Source: Malacoraja senta (taxonomy: Eukaryota). From it: 64,000 nt of DNA. A program made the position numbers and the translations under genes. The DNA is taken from the NCBI GenBank assembly GCA_038087875.1, contig CM075993.1:7938001-8002000 (forward strand), given 5' to 3'. Positions 39,085-50,360 of this stretch are shown in pieces; the first letter of the stretch is position 1; the number at the start of each line of letters is the position of its first letter. The notes below the pieces were generated by a model. That model made no database searches, was not told where the DNA came from, and saw only the letters and a program-made list of their open reading frames with translations.

Positions 39085-39410
39085 GCACACAAACACACAC
39101 AGAGACAGAGACACAGACAGACACACACACACAGACAGACACACACACACACAGACACACACACACACAGAGACACACACAGACAGATACACACACACAC
39201 ACAGACACTCACACACACAGAGACAGAGACACACACACAGACAGACACACACACACACATTGACAGACAGACAGACAGACACACACACACAGGCAGGTAC
39301 ACACATAGACAGGCACACACACACACACACACAGACAGAGACACACACACAGACAGACACACACAGACACTCACACACAGAGACACACACAGACAGACAC
39401 ACACACACAC
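39085..39410. repeat. (CA)n/(CAGA)n compound microsatellite
   Basis: Directly visible. Confidence 0.95.
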
Positions 39411-39943
39411 GAAGGTCAGAATGAACCTGGGTCAGTGGAGCTGAGACAGCATCTCTACCAGCTGCACCACTGATGATTAGAAAAAGGGCACAAAGTGCTG
39501 GAGTAACTCAGTGGGTTAGGCAGCATTTCGATCATCAACGATGAGGAAATGCTAATACATTTCAAAGTCAATGCAGTGTGAAATAGGAAGGAAAGCTGCA
39601 GAGGGTATTGCCTCATGTGTAAGAAGGAACTGCAGATGCTGGTTTGAACCGAAGATAGACACAAACCACTGGAGTAACGCAACAGGTCAGACAGCAGGGT
39701 CTGAAGATGGGTCTCGACCCGAAACATCACCTATTCCTTTTCTCCAGAGATGCTGTCTGTCTGAGTTACTCCAGCTTTTTGGGGGCATTGCCACCTTTGT
39801 CCTTAATGCTGGTGCATGTCTTGGGTACAGGAAGTGTTATGGAAGTCAATGGGGGGAAAATAATTTCCTTTTTTCACGCTCCCTCAGCTTTCACTCTACA
39901 AGATTTAAAAAAGACACGAGAATCAAAATAAGAGAAATTTTAC

Positions 39944-40050
39944 CTGTGAGCAAGTGAAAACGAAGCTTGGGTTTTTCTCCATTAGTCGCAGCACAGACAC
40001 CCAGCTCCGAGCACACTTTCGGATGGTCTCTTCATATGGCCATAACCACG
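39944..40050 (-). CDS. MAN2C1: MAN2C1 exon: [36 protein letters not shown]
   Basis: cag|...|gtaaaa, 107 nt; AWLWP motif. Confidence 0.96.
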
Positions 40051-40389
40051 CTGTTCAATGGGAGAAACACTTTAATAAATGAAATGCAATCATGCAGGAA
40101 ACTGACTGACCGACCGACCTCTCCAGCCTGTCCTAGCAATCGGTTGAAACTGCTCCACACACAACATCGAACATCGAACAGCACCAGACCCTTCAGCCCA
40201 CCATAGATACATAGATACATAGAAAATAGGTGCAGGAGTAGGCCATACGGCCCTTCGAGCCTGCACCGCCATTCAATATGATCATGGCTGATCATCCAAC
40301 TCAGTATCCCGTACCTGCCTTCTCTCCATACCCCCTGATCCCTTTAGCCACAAGGGCCACATCTAACTCCCTCTTAAATATAGCATGTC

Positions 40390-40936
40390 TGAAGAGGTTT
40401 AAATGCTTTTAAATATATAAAAGATACATAGTGGAATACTTGACTAGGTTGTCGCTTGCAATTCGTCTCAAGCAGTGGATGATAAGAGAGAGATACAAGC
40501 CCAGACTTGTCTCAGTGATGTATATTGAGACAATGACCGATGCCTTTGAAATGTCTCGTCCCGAAAGTATCTGATAAGAGACAGATGCCTTTGAAATGTC
40601 TTGTCTTGAAAGTACCAACTGATAAGATGCCTTTGAAATGTGTCTACTAATTGACAAGAGACAAGCTCAGGCGCGTCCTGTGGTAATGTGTATTGACTGT
40701 ATCCTTGACCATGACTAACATCTTTGGAATGTGACTAAGTGACACACACACACACAGTATAAAACACCATGCAACTCTTTGTTCATTGAAGTGGTGGCGC
40801 GGGGGAAGTCAAGTATCTGTGTTGCATACTTGACTGGCGTATCCCCGTCACTTCCCGGTCGATGATCAGTAAAGCTTGAGTTGGTCTACTTAAAGTTTTT
40901 GTGAGTTGTCTGTTTATTAAGAAGTGAACCTTATCA
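40390..40936 (+). mobile_element. Solo LTR (ERV/Gypsy-like)
   Basis: TG...CA termini with an imperfect 10-bp inverted repeat (TGAAGAGGTT / AACCTTATCA); 4-bp TSD TGTC; TATA-like GTATAAAA at about 40757; three GATGCCTTTGAAATGT repeats. Confidence 0.75.
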
Positions 40937-41142
40937 TGTCCACACCAACCATTGCAACCACCAATGCCATAGAACAGCACAGACCCTTCGGCCCACCGTG
41001 TCCATGCACCAATGCCATCGAACAGAAGAGCACAGCGCTGTCCCACAATGTCCGATCCCAACATGATGTTGTTAAATTAATCTCGTCTGCCTGCATGTGA
41101 TCCCTCTCACCTCAATGCCATCTAGTCTAGTTTTTGTCATAT

Positions 41143-41461
41143 TGTGGCGGCATCCGGTGGTTGGGCCACTTGCTACATTACCTCAGCAGTCGGGGGTAGG
41201 GTCACGTGGCTGGGCATGGCGGGGAGGAATTGTCACGGGGTGTGTCCGAGTAGATATGACGAACCCCGGGTCAACCATCTCTCTCTCTTCCTCTTCCTCT
41301 TGCTTCACGTGAGTGTCCTGCCACCTCAGCAGGAGCTCAGCTCGAACCCACGAGGCAGCAGCAACAACAACTCTGTGTTAGAGGACCAACGTTCATGTAT
41401 TTCGAACCTATTATGCCTGAATAAGGTAACCCGTTTATTCACGACGTTTGGTTCCTCTACA
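41143..41461. mobile_element. Probable second solo LTR (Gypsy-like)
   Basis: TGTGGCGG...CCTCTACA termini; imperfect 4-bp flanks ATAT/ATGT; CpG-rich interior. Confidence 0.55.
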
Positions 41462-42301
41462 ATGTCCACTTTCTGTCAACTGGGCTCCAACTATTTGTCT
41501 TGGTTCTATGCACATTACATAGATAAAAATCTGTACTGAAGCTTCAACTTGACATCTGCCTCAATTGAGGATTCCCACAGGGGAAATACTGTCCCTCCAT
41601 TAATCGTCCAAAACACTGCAAACACTCAGGTGGTCAGACAACATCAGTGGACAGCAAAACAGAGTTAATGTTGGACCTTGTGTAGGAAGGAACTGCAGTT
41701 GCTGGTTTAAACCGGAGATGGACACAAGCATCTCTGGAGAAAATAGGTGACATTTCGGGTTGAGACCCTCTCTCCAGAGATGCTGTCTGACCCGTTGAGT
41801 TACTGCAGCTTGTTGTGTCCATTAAGGTTGAACCCAACTCAATGCCCCGATCTATGAAAGCAAGCATAGCGTATGCCTTCTTTGCCACTCTCTCTACTTG
41901 TGTTGCTACTTTCACGGAGTTCCAGATTTGGACCGCAAGATCACCTCTGACAGTTTAGTTTAGAGATGCAGCGCGGAAACAGGCCCTTCGGCCCATCGAG
42001 TCTGCACCAACCAGCAATCCCCGCACACTAACACTATCCTACACACACTTGGGACAATATTTTATAATTTTTACCAAGCCAATTAACCTACAAACCTGTA
42101 CGTCTTTGGAATGTGGGAGGAAACCGAAGATCTCGGAGAAAACCCACGCGGTCACGGGCAGAACGTGCAAACTCTGTACAGACAGCACCCAAGTCTCTGG
42201 CGCTGCAAGCGCTGTAAGGCAGCATCTCTCCCACTGCGCCACCTGGTTCATAAATGTAAATAACTGTATCGATGCCACATGCATGTAAAATCTCTTCTGA
42301 C

Positions 42302-42491
42302 CTGAATCGATATGGCAATGTCCCATCGCGTGCACCACATGTTGGCTCGCCCCATTCTTTTGCTGAAGAAAAGCATCGGCAAATCTGTGAGCTTCTGCAA
42401 AGGTGGCTGGGTCTGCTACATCACAGGCATTTACCATCTTATTAGCCGTGTACAGTGCCTGATAGCTGCGCTGATTCTCATTGCCGATGTG
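42302..42491 (-). CDS. MAN2C1: MAN2C1 exon: HIGNENQRSYQALYTAN...HAMGHCHIDS
   Basis: cag|...|gtcaga, 190 nt; GH38 metal-binding HxD motif (GHCHID). Confidence 0.96.
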
Positions 42492-43909
42492 CTGGGCAGG
42501 AGGGAAAGTAAAGGTGAACAAGGAGATATTAATACCATAACTATCATTCCATCAATCACTCTTAAAATCAGGAGTACTCGTTTAGTTTAGTCTTTAGTTT
42601 AGAGATACAGCACGGAAACAGGCCCTTCGGCCCGCCGAGTCCGTTCCGACCAGCGATCCCCGCACATTAACACCATCCTACACAAACTAGGGACAATTTA
42701 CACTTATACCAAGCCAATTAACCGACAAACCTGTACCTCTTTGGAGTGTGGGAGGAAACCGAAGATCTCGAAAAAAAAACACGTGGTCACGGGGAGAACG
42801 TACAAACTCCGTACAGACAAGCACCCGTAGTCAGGATTGAACCAGGGTCTCTGGCGCTGTAAGCGGTTTAAATCAGCAATACTACCGCTGTGCCATGTGC
42901 CACCTCTATGTTCAGCCAGAAGGAATTTTACACAAAATCTTACTGAAAGTAATATTTCCTTTTTTTTTCCTAAAAGAAAGTCATTTATTCCATTTCTCGG
43001 GCTCATTCAAATACCTTGAGCACATGAAATGCAAAAGCAAGCGGGTTAAATGTAGTGAGACATTAGCTCATGACAAAAGATACAACTAGACTTGGCATTT
43101 TTCTTTCCTAATTCCACCACTTGAGGGCAACTTGCGTGCGTGCAAGGCACTATCTACATGCATGACTATTTTCTATATTTTTATACATTTCATGTCCCAA
43201 CGTGCTCTTCAAACAAAAATATACCTTTTGTGAAGCAATTTCATATCCATCAGGAGTGAGGTAAGTAATCAGATAATCTATTGCTTATCTGATGTTGCCA
43301 AGCTGGAAAGAGTGCAGAGAATAGACACAAAAAGCTGGAGTAACTCAGCGGGACAGGCAGCATTTCTGGGGAGGAATGGATGACGTTTTGGGTCGAGATC
43401 TTTCTTCAGAAGGGCCTCCACACGAAATCTGAAGAAGGGCCTCCACACGAAACGTCACCCATTCCTTCTCTCCAGAGATGCTGCCTGTCCCGCTGAGCTA
43501 CTCCAGCTTTTTGTGTCTATCTACGGTTTAAACCAGCATCCTTCCTACACAGGAGTGAGGGAGAAGATTCACGAGGATGTTGCCAGGACTCGAGAGCCTG
43601 AACTATAGGGAGAGGTTGAGCGGGCTAGGACTCTATTCCCTGGAGCGCAGGAGGATGAGGGGTGATCTTATAGAGGTGTACAAAATCATGAGGAATAGTT
43701 CGGGTAAACGATGCTGCCTGACCCATTGAGTTACTCCAGCATTTTGTGTCTATCTTCAGTGTAAACCGGCATCTGCAGTTCCTCCCTACACTATAAATTT
43801 TCAGAAGTCCAGTATTGAAGGCAAGGCTTCTTACAACTACTTACTTTTAGCCAGTATTGTTGCTGCCTTTACTAAACAATTGGAAACAAGCAGTCAAAGC
43901 AATCCATAC

Positions 43910-44087
43910 CTTTGCCATATCTAGGATGATTTCGAAGTCGGTCAGCAGTTCATGGACATCTCTGTTGAAGACCACCAGCTCAGCCTTGTGGAGAGTGAAC
44001 TTGCGCTGTGGGTCAGGGGGTGCGATCATAGAGCCCTGACCTGCTCCGAACAACCCATTGCATGCCAGCTCCACGTACAGCTCCACG
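43910..44087 (-). CDS. MAN2C1: MAN2C1 exon: [26 protein letters not shown]...EIILDMAK
   Basis: cag|...|gtatgg, 178 nt; conserved ACNGLxGAG motif. Confidence 0.95.
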
Positions 44088-45367
44088 CTGCAGAGTAACA
44101 AAACAAACACGGTAGACTTTAGAGATACAGCGCGGAAACAGCCCCTACAGCCCACCGAGGCCGCACCCAACCAGTGGTCACCCTGTAAACCAACACTATC
44201 CTACACACTAGGTACAATGTACACTTTTTTTTTAACCAAAGTTGGTTAACCTACAAACCTTATGTCTTTGGAGTGTGGGAGGAAACCAGAGCACCTGGCG
44301 AAACTCCACGCAGTCACAGGGAGAACGCAAATGTTCTGTACAGACAGCACCCATAGTCAGGATCGAATCTGGGTCTCCGGCGCTGTGAGGCAACAACTCT
44401 ACCGCTGCGCCACTGTGCCACACCTAATAGGTTTAACAACTACCCCAGCAAATCCAGGTAACTATTACAATTGCAGTAACTGGATACCTGGAATCTGGCA
44501 GCTAGTTGCAATTGAAGACCCATTTTGGCCATATTTCATCTCATAACTAACATTGGGAGAAGGGTACAGGAACAAAGAAGCATGGGTTCAAGGTTCAAGA
44601 ACAACGTCTTGGCATCAACCATCAAGCTCTCGAACACTGCACAACCCTACCCCAGCAACCCCAGGTGTCAGGGGTTATGGGGAGAAGGCAGGAGAATGGG
44701 GTTAAGAGGGAAAGACAGATCAGCCATGATTGAACGGTGGAGTAGACTTGATGGGCCGAATAGCCTAATTCTGCTCCTATTACTTATGAGCAAAGATCTA
44801 CACAGACCTTGTTTAGTTTGCACTATGTACTCCCGCACCCTTATGGTTTAGTTTAATTTAGAGATACAACATGGAAACAGGCCCTTTGTCCCAACGAGTC
44901 AACGCCGACCATCGATCACCTTGTGTTATCCTACTTCTCATCCACTCCCTACGCACTCAAGGCAATTTGGAGGCCAATTCACGTACAAACCTGCACGTCT
45001 TTGGCATGTGGGAGGTGCTGTCTGTACGGAGTTTGTACGTTCCCCCCGTGACCTGCATGAGCTTTCTCCGGGTGCTCCAGTTTCCCCCCACACTCCAAAG
45101 TGAACAAATTTACGCCTGCTACTGCATTAAAAGATGCCGACCAATATTAACGTGGATTAAAAAGAACCTATAGAAACAGAGGGTGAAACTGTGGGGGAAG
45201 ACAGAATTATGTTTTTACAAAACAAACGAGTGAAAAGCAACAGCTCTGTGGAGGAAACATAACTGCTGCACGTCCTAAAGTTATCATGTTACTCATTTCA
45301 ACCTTTTCCTAAAGGGGTACTAATACCAAATCTCAAGAGAATCCTAAACCATATAAAGGTTTTCTGC

Positions 45368-45421
45368 GGGGTGGAAGATTGCAACCTTCACGTGGTCCGC
45401 CCTGTTTCGACGAATGCAATC
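45368..45421 (+). ncRNA. HDV-like (CPEB3-type) self-cleaving ribozyme, intact
   Basis: GGGGUGG-AA-GAUUGCA-ACC-UUCACGU-GGU-CCGCCCU-GU-UUCGA-CGAA-UGCAAUC; the P1 variant keeps pairing as U-G. Confidence 0.85.
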
Positions 45422-45514
45422 AACCTGGCGTGCACAATCAAATAAGATCAAATAGAACAAGTTGTCCTACAACTTTAGGCTGTGCACGCCATACGCAAGA
45501 AGAAGAAGAAGAAG
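45368..45514 (+). mobile_element. HDV-ribozyme-headed short retroposon, copy C
   Basis: TSD GTTTTCTGC(GG) (from 45359 and from 45514); (AAG)n tail. Confidence 0.87.
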
Positions 45515-45542
45515 TTTTCTGCGGTTGGGTAAGGTTGCTGAC

Positions 45543-45613
45543 CTGTGAGGTTCTTCATCTGTTAGATTCTCTGAGAGAATGTAGCTCATCTTCTCCCCTT
45601 CTTTCGTAAGGCC
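45543..45613 (-). CDS. MAN2C1: MAN2C1 exon: GLTKEGEKMSYILSENLTDEEPH(S)
   Basis: cag|...|gtcagc, 71 nt, in phase with both neighbours. Confidence 0.93.
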
Positions 45614-46702
45614 CTGAGGATAAATTATTTGTTGAAAAAAAAATAAGATAATGCAAGAAACACTGACTCCCCTTCAATTAACATTTCGGCTTTGGTACAG
45701 ATTAAACTAATATAATTTCTTGTGTGATTTTCAGCATTAGGGTTGGCCTGGCTCGCCTCAACGGAGCTGCAGGTCTAAAAGACATACGACAGAAGAAGAA
45801 GAAGCATTAGGGTTGAACAGTGTTCAGCATTAGGGGTGAACAGTGCTTTGATTACTCACCATCTACTTAATGCTATCTAATACTAATACAATCCCCTACC
45901 CGAGTCACCCTGCTAGTTTTACTGTTCATATCCTCTCGTTATCACCTCCTCCACAGCCAAGAGAGAGGGAGTTAAATTTAGCTCTAAGGGCTAAAAGAAT
46001 CAAGGGATATGGGGGGAAAAGCAGGAACGGGGTACTGATTTTAGATGACCAGCCATGATAATATTGAATGGGGATGCTGGCTCAAAGGGCCGAAAGGCCC
46101 ACGTCTGCACCTATTTTTCTACGTTTCTATGTTTCAGTACTGTTGTCATCCTCCTATAATTCTATGGATACTCGTCCTTTTAACTGCAGTGCTGTGAATT
46201 ACTATCCTCTCAGACAGCTCCCGATTTCCCTAAAAGGACACAGAGTGCAGGAGTAACTCAGTGGATAAGGCAGCACCTCTGGAGAAAAGGAATAGGTGAA
46301 TTTCGGGTCGGAGGGGAACAAAGATGAGGCCTCTGTTGAGGACAGACCGTTCTGTATCGGAAAGGAGGTTAGGGGGGTATGGTGGAGACACAACGGTGGG
46401 GGTGTGTGTTGGGGTGAAAGAGGGGCAGGGGAGTGGATGGAGGAGAGGTCCTGCATCCTTCTTCAAACCTCTATATTAAATGCCTGGTGTTTGTCTGTGG
46501 GGTCATAGTCAAGGGGTTGTTATGAGGAGCTGGTGCCTGGACTCAGCATGCAGGTGCAAGGTCCCGAGGGTAGCAGGCCGACATGTGTGGTCCACGAGGA
46601 GGGTGAATGTTGGAGACAGGAGGATTCCCGTTCTGGGCAGAGATATTGGAGTTTCTGCATGAAGGATTGTGCTACAAAAACAGCTGTGTAAATCTATCGT
46701 AC

Positions 46703-46826
46703 CTGTACTGGTGAGCTGTTCCTCCAAACCATCGCTTCCCCTTCGCTCTCCCACATAAAGTGCACCTCTTTGCCTTTCCATTCCTGTGGAATGCTGAAGG
46801 TCACCCTGAACCAGGAGGTCCACCAT
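46703..46826 (-). CDS. MAN2C1: MAN2C1 exon (about exon 3): [41 protein letters not shown]
   Basis: tag|...|gtacga, 124 nt; matches human MAN2C1 [35 protein letters not shown] as recalled. Confidence 0.95.
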
Positions 46827-47045
46827 CTACAGCGTAAACAAAATGTCAATTTAACAAATGGTATACAATTAGAATAAACGTTAGAGTTCATGGATTGACA
46901 CACAATGGTGGAGTAACTCAGCAGGACAGACAGCATCTCTGGAGAGAAGGAATGGGTGACATTTCGGGTCCAGACCCTACTTCATGGGTTCTCTCATTTT
47001 CCAAGTGTTGGATCATCTTCCCCAATATCATATCATAATCATATT

Positions 47046-47785
47046 ATGGCAGGCCTCGCCAAAGGTTTGTCTGTCTTTTCATCTTTTTTGTTATTTTTAG
47101 TGTGTTTTAAAAAGTAAGTGTTAATGTTCTCTAGTTTGTTTTATGTGGAGGGTGGGCGGGTTCGGGGGAAACTTTTTTCTCAATCTCTTACCTTGCCGGA
47201 GATGCAATGTTTTTCCTGATCGTACCTCCGGTCGCTCTGCGGCCTAACATCATGGAGCTGGAGGCCTTGCTCGAGACTGACTTTGAGCCCCACCGCGGGG
47301 GCGTGGACTTACCATCGGAGCCGACGATCCCTTACCTGGGATCGACGCTCCAACTGCGGCCTGCAGATTTCAACATCGAGGAGCTCAAGGTCTCGGGTAG
47401 AGACCGATGTCAGGAAGCTCCAAAGTCGCAGGAGGTTCAACTAGCCCTGACCCGGGATCTGATCGCCCCGCGCGGGGAGCTGAGATCTCCCTCCCCCCCC
47501 CCCCCCCCGATGCGGAGGGCCAGACCGCCAGCTAAGGGAGTCAAGATCGCCCCGACAACGAAGGCTCGAGGCCCCCGACCGCATGAGAACAAAGAAGGGA
47601 AGAGATTTAACTTTTTTTCGCCTTCCATCAGTGAGGAATGTGGAGGAGTCACTGTGGTGGATGTTTTTGTTAAAATGTATTTTGTGCGTTTTGTTGCTTT
47701 TCATTGGTATGACTGTATGGCAAATCAAATTGTTCGTATGTTGCAAAACATACTTGGCTAATAAAGTATGATTATGATTATGATT
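47046..47785 (+). mobile_element. Non-autonomous LINE-associated repeat (L2/Rex1-like tail); a related copy is inverted at 50361-51055
   Basis: The two copies share about 600 bp; AATAAA followed by a short tandem tail. Confidence 0.6.
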
Positions 47786-48176
47786 TTGATATCTTTTGAC
47801 TAAAGGCCTGAGCTATTGGTGGAGGTTGAACAGGCTGGGACTTGCAGCTGGTGAGGACGAGGAATGATCTTATACAGATGTACTGTGTAAATAAATGTAT
47901 AAGATCATGAGGGGGATAGAAAGAAAACACAGTTGTTTACTGGTTGGGGAATCAAGAACAAGGGAGGTTTAAGTTGATAGGGAAAGATTTAATACAAACC
48001 TGGGGCAACTTTTTCCACACAGCTGCCAAAGGAGGTAGTTGACGCAGGTACCATAACAACATTTAAAATATATTTGGACTGGTATATAGGAAAGGTTCAG
48101 AGGGATATGGGCCAAACACAAACAGGTGGGACTAGTGTAGATGGGGCAATGGTCGGCATGGGCAAGTTGCACCAAA

Positions 48177-48376
48177 NNNNNNNNNNNNNNNNNNNNNNNN
48201 NNNNNNNNNNNNNNNNNNNNNNNNNNNNNNNNNNNNNNNNNNNNNNNNNNNNNNNNNNNNNNNNNNNNNNNNNNNNNNNNNNNNNNNNNNNNNNNNNNNN
48301 NNNNNNNNNNNNNNNNNNNNNNNNNNNNNNNNNNNNNNNNNNNNNNNNNNNNNNNNNNNNNNNNNNNNNNNNNNNN
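48177..48376. other. Assembly gap (200 N)
   Basis: Run of N. Confidence 1.
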
Positions 48377-49986
48377 CTGGACATAAGCCAGGAGCTCGTT
48401 TCTCATCCCCTCCTCCCGCTTATAGACAAGGTTACAATTTATTAAAAATTCATATTAGTATGTTAGTTCATTATTTTTTTGTTTTTTTTGTTAGTATTCT
48501 AATCTAACCTGCATAACTTTTAAAGTTGTTAATAGGATAAGTTCTTACAATTGGTTATAACATTTTAATCAATAAGCAATTATTTTCTAATTCGTATCCC
48601 GTTATAAAGTTGTTTACACGTTTTGAACAGAAAATGTCCTTGCTTCAACATTCCGGAGATAACAGTGTAACTATCCCCAGACAAAACATAGCTGAGAATT
48701 ATTCGGATCTGCCAAAGCTCCCTTTTATTTCTGTCTTTCAACAATCGTTTGGGCATATTTGAAAGCGTCTTCAGGCTTAACAAATGACTTTTCAAGACCA
48801 TTAAAAGAAATACGCATTTTAGCGGGATAAAAAACCCCGAATCTGACCCCTTCTCTCCCTCTTAAAAGATCTTTAACCTTATCAAATTTGTTTCTTTTTT
48901 GCACAATTTCATGTGGGTAGTCCCTGAATATCTTAATAGTGTCTTTGTCCAGCCGTAATTGTACACCATATTTGATATGGGTCATAACATATTCCAGTTC
49001 TGCAGTGTCTCGAAATTTCACTATAATATGTCGTGGATAAGCTTTTCCCGCATCAAATCTTTTTCCAAATCTTGGGACACGATGAGCCACTTCGATTTTC
49101 GGTTCCTTGGGAAGATTCAACAGTTGTTTCAACAAGCCCATGGCAAATTCACGTACCTGTTCCCCTTCTGCCCCCTCTGAAACACCAAGAATCCTCAGAT
49201 TCTGGCGTCTAGAACGAGCTTCCAGGTCCAGGCATTTGAATGAGACTTTCTCTAATTGAGTCCCCATTTGTAGTGATGCTTGTTCGTTTTCTCGCCTCAT
49301 TTGCTCATGTTCTTGCCTCAATTTCGCCATGTCTTCAACCAGTCGTGCCGTATTTTTCTCCAATTCCGTGATTGTCTGCATACTTGCAGCTACTGTTTCA
49401 AGTACAGCCGTGAACTTATCCGTAGTAATTACATCCATCTTATCCATTTTCTCTGATAGTCCATCTTTCACCTCATCAATTCGTTTATTCATAGTGTCCA
49501 GTAAATCCGTCATATTCTTCTGGTTACCAGCATTTAAATCCTTCATCATCTTCTGCATTCCTTCCATCATTTTTGCCGAATTTTCCTTCATTTCCTTCTT
49601 ATCTTCCACCCTATTATCCGAGATCTCATCTTTCAAATTTTTCATTGATTTTTTCAAGTCATCAAAGTCTTTCTTAGATCTTGTATCCATTTCTGCAGCC
49701 ACTTCAGAGACTTCAGAGGTAACTTCAGTTTCGAACTGTTTCGACAGTTTATTCACAGCTCTCTGAGGGCTCACAGCTGGAGTCAATTTACTCATTTAAA
49801 GGGCTTCAAACCACCGTTTAAAACATCGCGTTTAACGATGACGTCATCAGCGCGGTAACCAGAAACTCCGGTAAGGTTTTTAAAAACAATCCCGATTTTC
49901 GGACCCGTTTTACACGATAAATCGTGAAGTTTTTCGGGAGAGGAGCTGGGTGCACGTCTGTTAGTCTAACATGACGCCACCGGAAG
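48377..49986 (-). mobile_element. 5' part of an L1-clade LINE (CpG-rich 5'UTR, ORF1 and inter-ORF region) running into the assembly gap
   Basis: Intact ORF1 plus a 5' end starting CTTCCGGTGGCG. Confidence 0.88.
48725..49795 (-). CDS. L1 ORF1p (coiled coil plus RRM/CTD)
   Basis: 356 aa; long coiled coil followed by DLEARSRRQNLRILGVSE, AHR, PRHIIVKF, IFRD and FGVFYPAKMRI, typical of L1 ORF1. Confidence 0.9.
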   Translation of the reverse strand: MSKLTPAVSPQRAVNKLSKQFETEVTSEVSEVAAEMDTRSKKDFDDLKKSMKNLKDEISDNRVEDKKEMKENSAKMMEGMQKMMKDLNAGNQKNMTDLLDTMNKRIDEVKDGLSEKMDKMDVITTDKFTAVLETVAASMQTITELEKNTARLVEDMAKLRQEHEQMRRENEQASLQMGTQLEKVSFKCLDLEARSRRQNLRILGVSEGAEGEQVREFAMGLLKQLLNLPKEPKIEVAHRVPRFGKRFDAGKAYPRHIIVKFRDTAELEYVMTHIKYGVQLRLDKDTIKIFRDYPHEIVQKRNKFDKVKDLLRGREGVRFGVFYPAKMRISFNGLEKSFVKPEDAFKYAQTIVERQK

Positions 49987-50360
49987 ATCAAGTAACTCTT
50001 TCAAAGAAAGTAATTTCTTGCTCCCCCCCCCCCCCCCCCACCAACAGTTGTCATACTAGTTCCACCATTCACATCCTTGTATCCCTCTCACTAACACACC
50101 TTCCCCAGCCAACAATGGGCCTTTATGGACTCCTCTTCCTAGGGTCAAGTGTTGCTGGCACTGAATTCCTTCTTGCCTTTCTTCCCCATCCTGTCCCCCA
50201 GTTCCCCTACCCCACCCTACGCCCCCACCTCGGCTTTCAGTCTAAAGAAGAGTTCCGACCTGAAACATCACCCATTCCTTTTCGCCAGGGATGCTGCCTG
50301 ACCCGTTCAGTTACTCCAGCATTTTGTGTCTATCTTGACCCTTCGTGGTTCATCCATTCA

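Noticed and set aside
39031..39424. Cys/Val-rich and Thr/His-rich ORFs (also at 16413-16859)
   Set aside because: Translations of microsatellites.
40530..40650. CRISPR-like repeat-spacer array (GATGCCTTTGAAATGT x3)
   Set aside because: The spacers are similar to each other, the context is eukaryotic with no cas genes, and the repeats are explained as LTR U3 tandem repeats.
47969..48445. ORFs spanning poly-X
   Set aside because: Artefacts of the N gap.
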